From the NCBI GenBank assembly GCA_017610325.1, contig JAFCCF010000010.1, positions 1 through 44,821 of the forward strand: DNA of 44,821 nucleotides, given 5' to 3'. Below are positions 1-6,745 of the stretch, one piece after another. The notes beneath the pieces were generated by a model. It saw only the letters and a list, made by a program, of their open reading frames with translations, did no database searches and was not told the DNA's origin. Made by a program: the position numbers and the translations under genes. Origin of the DNA: Candidatus Aminicenantes bacterium. Its GTDB lineage: Archaea; Nanobdellota; Nanobdellia; Woesearchaeales; JAFCCF01. The first letter of the stretch is position 1, and each line of letters starts with the position of its first letter.

Positions 1-1898
1 CAAATCAAATCACATACCTAAACCCAAGTAGTGGGTGGTGGCACGAATACACTTATGATTCTGGATTAGGTAGCTATACAGAGCAGCATTGGCAAGATGG
101 TATTGACAATCCTATGAAGCAAGATGGTCAAGCTCAGGGCCCCTTTTATATGTTGGGGTTGCTTGTTAATAATCCTAATGCTAATTCATGGACTATAGAT
201 GGTCAGATATATAATAAAAATAATCTGCCTGAAGATTACCAAGACCAAATATATTCTCTATTCTACCAACAAAACCCATCCCCTCCAAATACTGCTACAG
301 GCGGCATTGCCGAATCAAGCATTCCTGACGGAAAAACAATGTTTGGAGATGACTATATGTATATTTATGATGCAGGTAAAGGTCAATGGGAAAAGCTTGA
401 TTTCAGTGGCCAGTCTGTTAACGGCGGAACATTCCTTGACACCTCAGAGCTTCCTGATATTCTTCAACAGGATCTAAAGGCAGAGTTCCCTGCGGGACCA
501 TCAACAACACCAGACATACCAAGTCCAATGGTTGACCAAAGCTTTGACTATTATACTTCAGGCGGTGAATACTGGCGGCAGAAAGATGGAGAATGGCAGA
601 AGTTTGAAAAGGGCAAATGGGAAGATTCGGACGAAGCGCCAAAAAATCCAAAACCATTCAAAAAAAAAAAAAAAAAAACAGGCAAGGGAGAAAAAGAAGA
701 AGAGAAAGAAAAAGATGAAACGTGGAAAGGTGCAGCGCTGTATCTTCCTTATTCAACCTTTGATCCTAATAAACCAACCGACTATTATACCTTTGGTGAC
801 GAGCAAGGCTATATGTCTTATTATCTTGGTAACTTGTACTTTTGCCCTAGTGGTGCAAATCGCAATGATGGCAACAACTGGAAGAAGATAAGCAAGAAGG
901 ACGTGGATGAAGCAACATGGGAAATGTACAGGAAGGACATATTCAGGGATGTTGCAGACTCAATGTTGAAGCGAAGGGTTGCCCAGATGGCAAGTCTTGT
1001 TAATATCATTAACCCGTCAATTGGTGCATTTGAGATAGGCAAGATATTGGAAAAATGGATGGGCGGTGATATTAGCTTGAGGCCAAAGCAAGGAACATGG
1101 TGGTATGATGCAATTGGATATTTTGAAGCAGGGTTTGAAACAGCATGGTGCAAGGAAAAAGCATCGTCATATTTCACAATGGATAGACCAGGCCACTTTG
1201 TTGGCGGCGGAGAATTCCCAACTGTTAATTCAATCACAATCTATGCACTTGGAAAAAGACAGGAATATATTAACAGTGAACAGCTTGACTGGAACACAAA
1301 CTACAGGCAGAATGGTACAAAGCCTAACTGGTTCCCTAACATTGAGTCAACAACTCCAACAACAATCCCAACTGTAACAACCACCACCCCTGGTGCTACA
1401 ACTACAACCTTGATTTATTCAAATACTAACCCTGGCATGAGCGCAGCAGGCTACATATACAAGCTCACATGGTTCATCAAGCACCCGTTCACAGCAGATG
1501 ACGTTAATAATATGAATCTTAACAAGAGGCTTAGTAATGGCTTGGACAAGGACGGCAACATCACATTCCAGATTTGGATTAAAGAAAAAGGAATACCAAA
1601 GATGACAACAAAGGGTTATATGGTTTCGCCAGAGATGATATTAGCACCAGGCGGATTAATTCAGGAGACAAAGGTTAAGTACCAGATGCCTTATCTCACT
1701 GAAATCTGCATCAAATTTAATACTTACAAGTGGAATGGAAATCACCTGGAATATCCTGCAAACTGCGACTCACCTGATGGTAAGATGGGTATGATAATCT
1801 TGCAGGAGGTTGAGGGTGCAGGCCAGTATCAGGGCATGGCTCCCAGCTCTCTGAGCCCGCCTTCACCTGGCAGTGGAAGTAGTGACTGGGATTGGTAA
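1..1898 (+). CDS. Large secreted/surface protein, 5'-truncated by the window edge. It has a Trp/Tyr/Gly-rich N-part, a Lys/Glu patch, a Thr-rich linker and a C-terminal W-C...YIYxLTW domain.
   Basis: The frame of the 114..1898 ORF stays open back to nt 3 with no stop, so the gene starts upstream of the window. There is a Thr/Pro linker (STTPTTIPTVTTTTPGATTTT). The C-terminal motifs ETAWCKEK, YIYKLTWF and YLTEICIKFN align with AKSWCNPA, YIYLITWG and YQYVCLEFN of the 698-aa protein at 10266..12362. Confidence 0.7.
   Translation, partial: NQITYLNPSSGWWHEYTYDSGLGSYTEQHWQDGIDNPMKQDGQAQGPFYMLGLLVNNPNANSWTIDGQIYNKNNLPEDYQDQIYSLFYQQNPSPPNTATGGIAESSIPDGKTMFGDDYMYIYDAGKGQWEKLDFSGQSVNGGTFLDTSELPDILQQDLKAEFPAGPSTTPDIPSPMVDQSFDYYTSGGEYWRQKDGEWQKFEKGKWEDSDEAPKNPKPFKKKKKKTGKGEKEEEKEKDETWKGAALYLPYSTFDPNKPTDYYTFGDEQGYMSYYLGNLYFCPSGANRNDGNNWKKISKKDVDEATWEMYRKDIFRDVADSMLKRRVAQMASLVNIINPSIGAFEIGKILEKWMGGDISLRPKQGTWWYDAIGYFEAGFETAWCKEKASSYFTMDRPGHFVGGGEFPTVNSITIYALGKRQEYINSEQLDWNTNYRQNGTKPNWFPNIESTTPTTIPTVTTTTPGATTTTLIYSNTNPGMSAAGYIYKLTWFIKHPFTADDVNNMNLNKRLSNGLDKDGNITFQIWIKEKGIPKMTTKGYMVSPEMILAPGGLIQETKVKYQMPYLTEICIKFNTYKWNGNHLEYPANCDSPDGKMGMIILQEVEGAGQYQGMAPSSLSPPSPGSGSSDWDW
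660..678 (+). repeat. A19 homopolymer inside the coding sequence, encoding KKKKKK.
   Basis: Counted directly: ttc followed by 19 consecutive A, then c. The tract lies in-frame in the first CDS. Confidence 0.9.
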
Positions 1899-1913
1899 AA
1901 ATATTAAATTAAA

Positions 1914-4256
1914 ATGAAAAAAAGAGGTCAGATAACACTGTACATAATAATTGGATTAATTCTTTTACTTTTTATCATGCTCGGACTGTATCTATTTAAA
2001 TCAGTCATTGAGCCAGAGGCAGTAACAAAACCAATTGAGAAAGTACCAATTGAGCTTGAGCCTGTGCAGAAATTTGTGCAGGACTGTATAAGCATGACAA
2101 CAGAGCAGGCACTAAAAACAGTGATGGAGCACGGTGGTTATGCTGACTTATCAAAGCTTCAGGCAGACATATTCAAACCAACAGAAGCTAACTCTGTTGA
2201 GTACACGCCTGGCACCAACTACCTTGTACCATACTGGTCATACCTGAAGAGCAAGAATGATTGCACAGGCGGCTGTGAATTTGCCAGCATGATAAAGCCA
2301 TTGTGTCGTGAGGGCAGTAGCTGCACAACAAATGGCAGAGACTCAGTTGAGGAAGAGATTGACTGGTACATCATCCAGAATCTGAAAAGCTGTCTGAATG
2401 ATTTTATTATCTTCAAGCCGCAGGATATTAAGATTGAGCTTGTTGGAGATATCCTGCCAATGACAACCATTCGCAAGGATAGCGTTAATGTTATTGTGCA
2501 GATGCCAATCAAGATAGATTATCTAGATTCAACAAAGCGCATGAACACATTCAATGCTGTTGTTCCAACCCAGATTACAGAACTATACACAGTTGCCCTT
2601 GACCTGCTTAACTATGAGACAACCGAATGCATGGTAGAAGACCATCAGATAAATGCAATTGGCTATTATCAGGGCTTTGAATCAGATGACCTGCCACCTT
2701 ATGCAGCAGATACCTATGGTGACCATGCTAAAAAGTTCTGGATAAAGCAGACAGTTGAGAAGAAACTCAAAGCAGTAACAAGCTTTGCAATGCAGAACAT
2801 AAGAATATTAAACACAGACGTGTTTCCATATCCAAATATTGATTCCAGCAGCCAATATCCCGATACAATTCAGGCAATGTATGATCAGTTCACATTCCGG
2901 CCTTTGGATGAATTCCATGATGTTAAGGTTAATTTCTTTTATTTTCCCTGGTGGAATCCTTATTTTGAGATTGATCCAAGCAGCGGCTCACTAATCGGAC
3001 CAAGCGACGTTATCAGTGGGTCAGGAGGTGGCTGGTTATCATATATCCTTAATAAAATCGTGCCAACTTCTTATGAATATTATTATCATTACTCATTCCC
3101 TGTTGTTGTTGAACTCAGGGCTGAAGACCCAAGGGATGAGACCAAGGAAGAATTGTTCAGGTTTGCGCTTGAGAGTAATATTAGGGCTAACAAATGCTTT
3201 TCACCAGATGCTCTGGTCACAACAGAAACAAGTGGAGCTGGCCTGCTCTGTGATGAAGATTTCAGGGGAACAATTGAATATACCATAAATGTAAAAGATG
3301 AAGTGACTGGCCAGGCAGTCAAGGATGTTGAAATATATTATTATGCAGGCGAGACATGCTATCTTGGCAAGACAGATTCAACAGGAAAATTAAAATCAAC
3401 ATTCCCTGTAGCTACTGGAGGCTTTGTTGACATCAAAAAAGAGGGCTATCTTGAGTACTTTGTGCATGAGAAAGATTTCTCAATGCTTAGTGATATCAGG
3501 CTAAAGCCGCTTTTCAAGAAAAATATTAATGTCAAGATATTCAATGAGACAAACCTGCTAAGCATGTCTGGCATGAACCAGCCAGCTGGTCTTGTATTCA
3601 GGGATTCTGTGCTGTACAACGCAGATTCAACACATCAGCTGGTGCTTACCATGTCAAGGGTAAAAGAAACATACCATGAAGGCACGCTCGAAAGCACAGC
3701 ATCGATCAGCTATGAAAATGGCGAGATTAAGATTATTCCTGAAGAGATTGAGCTGGCGCCAGGCAAGTATGAGTTTGATATCATGCTTATCTATACCCAG
3801 CCAGTTACTGTTCCAGAAGAAAACGACAGGATTTGCGTTAATTGTAACAAGAACCCCAACAGCCAGTGCAAAACATCACCTAACTGGCTTTCCAGTTGTG
3901 ATAGCTGTGACTGGAAGGAGGATAGTGCCTGCACAACAACTTGCTGGGAAGAGACAGACTGTTATAAGTGGGGCTTTTACTGCAGTGGTAGCTGTGATGC
4001 AGATGAAGAGATAACCTACGAAGCAATTGACCTCGAGCAGTCGCCTAATGGTGGTGTTAAGTTTGACAGCAGCAACAATTATTGGATGATTGGTGATTAC
4101 AGCGAACTAACAGACAACACCAAGCCAGATGTTATATTCTATGTTGTGCAGCAGAAATTGCCAGTTAGATACTATTTGCTTGAAAACCTTGATATATACA
4201 AGACATATTCCCAAAACTATAAATACCTGTTTGTGCCGGAGTTCTCAAATGGCTAA
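1914..4256 (+). CDS. 780-aa surface protein with a class III (prepilin-like) signal peptide and a CarboxypepD_reg-like beta-sandwich. Paralog 1 of 3.
   Basis: The N-terminus MKKRGQITLYIIIGLILLLF fits [KR][GAS]-Q-[IV]-[ST] followed by a hydrophobic helix. Conserved blocks are shared with the 12385 and 14637 genes: FVQDCISMTTEQALKTVMEHGGY, VPYWSYL, IDWYIIQNLKSCLNDF and FRFALESNIRAN. The segment VKDEVTGQAVKDVEIYYYAGETCYLGKTDSTGKL resembles the carboxypeptidase-regulatory-like fold. Confidence 0.8.
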   Translation: MKKRGQITLYIIIGLILLLFIMLGLYLFKSVIEPEAVTKPIEKVPIELEPVQKFVQDCISMTTEQALKTVMEHGGYADLSKLQADIFKPTEANSVEYTPGTNYLVPYWSYLKSKNDCTGGCEFASMIKPLCREGSSCTTNGRDSVEEEIDWYIIQNLKSCLNDFIIFKPQDIKIELVGDILPMTTIRKDSVNVIVQMPIKIDYLDSTKRMNTFNAVVPTQITELYTVALDLLNYETTECMVEDHQINAIGYYQGFESDDLPPYAADTYGDHAKKFWIKQTVEKKLKAVTSFAMQNIRILNTDVFPYPNIDSSSQYPDTIQAMYDQFTFRPLDEFHDVKVNFFYFPWWNPYFEIDPSSGSLIGPSDVISGSGGGWLSYILNKIVPTSYEYYYHYSFPVVVELRAEDPRDETKEELFRFALESNIRANKCFSPDALVTTETSGAGLLCDEDFRGTIEYTINVKDEVTGQAVKDVEIYYYAGETCYLGKTDSTGKLKSTFPVATGGFVDIKKEGYLEYFVHEKDFSMLSDIRLKPLFKKNINVKIFNETNLLSMSGMNQPAGLVFRDSVLYNADSTHQLVLTMSRVKETYHEGTLESTASISYENGEIKIIPEEIELAPGKYEFDIMLIYTQPVTVPEENDRICVNCNKNPNSQCKTSPNWLSSCDSCDWKEDSACTTTCWEETDCYKWGFYCSGSCDADEEITYEAIDLEQSPNGGVKFDSSNNYWMIGDYSELTDNTKPDVIFYVVQQKLPVRYYLLENLDIYKTYSQNYKYLFVPEFSNG

Positions 4257-5082
4257 AAAAAAGAGCATAAAAAAAGCAGGCAAGCCTGCACCAAAAAAAC
4301 AGCTAGCTAAGCAGCCAGCTAAGCAGCCTGCTAACTACTTCAAGAGAATATTCCAGATTTATATTAACAGCTTTAAAGACCTTAACAATGATTATTTCTT
4401 CTATGTCTTCTTTGACCTGCTGTTCCTGGTCTTTGTATCATTAGTGAGCTACCTAGCAGGCATAATCCTGACAAAATACACTGGCAGCCTTGCTGCATTC
4501 CAGGCAATGGACTCGGTTGATATCCAATATCTAACTCAGCTTAAGTCAGTGATTGGTACAATCTTCTTTGTCATGATAGTTACTGTGCTGCTGTTTATAG
4601 CTGGCTGGTCACTTGCAAAAACCTTCATATACAACAGAATCTACAAGAACAAGTTTAACTGGAAGGTTTTCCTAAAGTTCTTCCTGTCTAATCTTGGTAT
4701 TGGGATAATCTTTGTTATTATCATGGCAACCATGCCCACCTTTGTGCTGCAGAGCAAGGTGCCAATATTTGGCCTGATTGTGATGCTGGTGCTGGGCTAC
4801 CTTATAACAATCTTTTACATCCTGTTTTTCAAGCTCAGGAAGTTTGGCAAGACATTCAGCGCAACAGCCTACACAGCAGTCATGCGCATCCACAAATACT
4901 TCCTGCCTTTTTTGATATGCACACTCACTGTTTTGATAGTACTTGGCATCTTCTCTACAATCATATTCAACATCAGCTCAGGAACAATAGCTAACATCAT
5001 CAGTGCCATCTTCTTGTTGTTTGTCATTGCCTGGGCTAGGCTGTATCTTATCAAGATTGTTGAATATATTGGTTATGGGTAA
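4249..5082 (+). CDS. Polytopic membrane protein (277 aa) with a Lys-rich cytoplasmic N-terminus. Paralog of 22153..22977.
   Basis: The ATG at 4249 overlaps the upstream stop by 8 nt (ATGGCTAA). The protein starts MAKKKSIKKAGKPAPKK and has about 6 hydrophobic segments. IAGWSLAKTFIYNRIYKNKFNWKVFLKFF aligns with ILHGINWFIVSRKLLNYKIKFWTYIGKFA of the 22153 gene. Confidence 0.75.
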   Translation: MAKKKSIKKAGKPAPKKQLAKQPAKQPANYFKRIFQIYINSFKDLNNDYFFYVFFDLLFLVFVSLVSYLAGIILTKYTGSLAAFQAMDSVDIQYLTQLKSVIGTIFFVMIVTVLLFIAGWSLAKTFIYNRIYKNKFNWKVFLKFFLSNLGIGIIFVIIMATMPTFVLQSKVPIFGLIVMLVLGYLITIFYILFFKLRKFGKTFSATAYTAVMRIHKYFLPFLICTLTVLIVLGIFSTIIFNISSGTIANIISAIFLLFVIAWARLYLIKIVEYIGYG

Positions 5083-5093
5083 GTTTTCTATTC

Positions 5094-5801
5094 CTACTCT
5101 ACAAATCTTCTAAGCATTCCCACCACTAAACTTGCCTTTAGGATATCTCCCAGAACCTGTTCAGCAATATACTCTTGCAGGTCTGGCCTGGAGATTATCT
5201 TTTCTGCTGCCTTCTTAACCAGTAAATTTCCCCTAAACTTTGTTTTAGAATAAGACAACAGGGCATAAATATCGCAGGCATCCTTTAATTCCTTGTCTAA
5301 TTTCTCTCTTTCAAAGAAAGAGTTTGTTTTTAGGTCTAGAAGGGAGCTAACATCCAAAACAGGGAATCCTTCTATGTTTATTATCTTAACTTTTGCCAGT
5401 CCTGGAAGAACCCAACTACCAACATCTTTTGTTCTTTTGTTTGAGAAAACATCCAGGAAAATATATGCTAGGTCAAAAATATGCTTGCTCTTGGCTTTTT
5501 CAGAAGAGATAATCTTCTTTTCTTCCCTGTCATAAATCAGTTCATATCTAAAATCATAAGAGCTCTCTTTAAACCCAAGTTCTTTGATAATCTTTAAGAA
5601 ATCCTTTTCATCCCTTGAATCAATAAAAACATCAATATCTCTTGACTTTAGGTATTCTTTTCCAAATGCTCTTTGGTATTCACTCTTCACCTGCAAAAAA
5701 ACAGCCCAGCCGCCAATTACTGCAAATCTTAACTGTTTTACACTTTCATTTAGATTTATCAGGTATTCATAAGAAATGCTGGTCTCAATTGGGTCATACA
5801 T
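5094..5801 (-). CDS. Nucleotidyltransferase-fold protein, AbiEii-like (candidate type IV toxin).
   Basis: FAVIGGWAVFLQV...SRDIDVFID matches the minimal NTase GG-x(n)-[SR]-D-I-D signature of AbiEii/DUF1814-type proteins. It is 235 aa and overlaps the upstream wHTH gene by 8 nt (ATGTATGA). Confidence 0.55.
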   Translation of the reverse strand: MYDPIETSISYEYLINLNESVKQLRFAVIGGWAVFLQVKSEYQRAFGKEYLKSRDIDVFIDSRDEKDFLKIIKELGFKESSYDFRYELIYDREEKKIISSEKAKSKHIFDLAYIFLDVFSNKRTKDVGSWVLPGLAKVKIINIEGFPVLDVSSLLDLKTNSFFEREKLDKELKDACDIYALLSYSKTKFRGNLLVKKAAEKIISRPDLQEYIAEQVLGDILKASLVVGMLRRFVE

Positions 5802-6420
5802 TTTTCTTCCTCATTAAACTTAGAACATTTTCTGCTGCCTCATCACCTCTTCCCCCATATGAAATCAGGTCAATATACAACTGAGGCAGGGAAATAATCT
5901 TAACACCCCGTATCTCCTGGCTTCCATAAAAATAGTTATCATCAACTATATAACATTTAATATTGCCCTTTTCAGCTGGCATGATGCCTTGTTTTACAAA
6001 TATATTGGAGATTTGCTTTTCTCTACCTTTGAGGATATACAGGTGCACCGTATCTGGCGCAACATAAGGGGCAGCAATCTCTGTAGCTGAAAACAAAGTA
6101 AGGGCATATGTTTCTTTTCTCAGCAAACTACTGATTTTTTTAATTAGATACTGTGGCCTCTCAGCAGCAAGGAACTCTATCTTCTCATTTTCTTTTACAG
6201 AAACTGTACCTGACCAGGCTTGAAGAAGCTTTTCCCAACTGACTACCCTTGCCCCTGCTTTTTTTTTTAAATGCCCGCAGGACACCAGTGTCTCAACTAC
6301 CTTTGCTGTCATTCCAAGAGAAACCTGCGCCTTGCCAGCTAGCTCCCTTAGTCTTAATTTTTTCTGCCTTTCATTCAGCAAAACCCTGATGATGTTTTGG
6401 GTTGATTTGTTTATTATCAT
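5794..6420 (-). CDS. Winged-helix DNA-binding protein, AbiEi-like (candidate antitoxin and autorepressor).
   Basis: The N-terminal wHTH-like segment is IIRVLLNERQKKLRLRELAGKAQVSLGMTAKVVETLVSCGHL, followed by a C-terminal domain of about 140 aa. It sits immediately upstream of, and is translationally coupled to, the NTase gene. Confidence 0.5.
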   Translation of the reverse strand: MIINKSTQNIIRVLLNERQKKLRLRELAGKAQVSLGMTAKVVETLVSCGHLKKKAGARVVSWEKLLQAWSGTVSVKENEKIEFLAAERPQYLIKKISSLLRKETYALTLFSATEIAAPYVAPDTVHLYILKGREKQISNIFVKQGIMPAEKGNIKCYIVDDNYFYGSQEIRGVKIISLPQLYIDLISYGGRGDEAAENVLSLMRKKNV

Positions 6421-6434
6421 TGTTCTTTTTATAC

Positions 6435-6462
6435 GTTCACTTTTGTTTATAAATGTTCACTT
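6435..6462 (-). promoter_or_regulatory. Palindromic TATA box (TTTATAAA, 6446-6453) bracketed by two direct GTTCACTT repeats. Candidate promoter/operator of the AbiE-like pair.
   Basis: GTTCACTT occurs at 6435-6442 and 6455-6462, with 20-bp spacing. The TATA centre lies about 30 nt upstream of the ATG at 6420, consistent with a leaderless or short-leader archaeal mRNA. Confidence 0.4.
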
Positions 6463-6745
6463 ATATTTAAATATTTCGTTTTTTTAGCTATAATATATCT
6501 GATTTACCCATATATGGTTGTGTTTTCCGATATTTGCACACAAATGCTCATACTGTTGCCCAGGCAAGGCTATATTTTATAAAGATTGTTGATTATATCA
6601 ATTAGTAATGTCTTCTCGATAATCACAAAAACTGTTAAGTGGTTTTTTGGACGCCAGAGGCTGTTTTATTCTCTAAGCGAAACCAAAACCTTTAAATATA
6701 AGAATATTAATAGGTATAAGTATATATTACACACAAGGTGTTTGA

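Noticed and set aside
4129-4248. N-terminal extension of the membrane-protein ORF upstream of the ATG at 4249.
   Set aside because: The extension overlaps the end of the 780-aa gene in another frame and encodes a Cys/Leu-rich peptide with no signal features. The ATG at 4249 gives a typical 8-nt coupled overlap.
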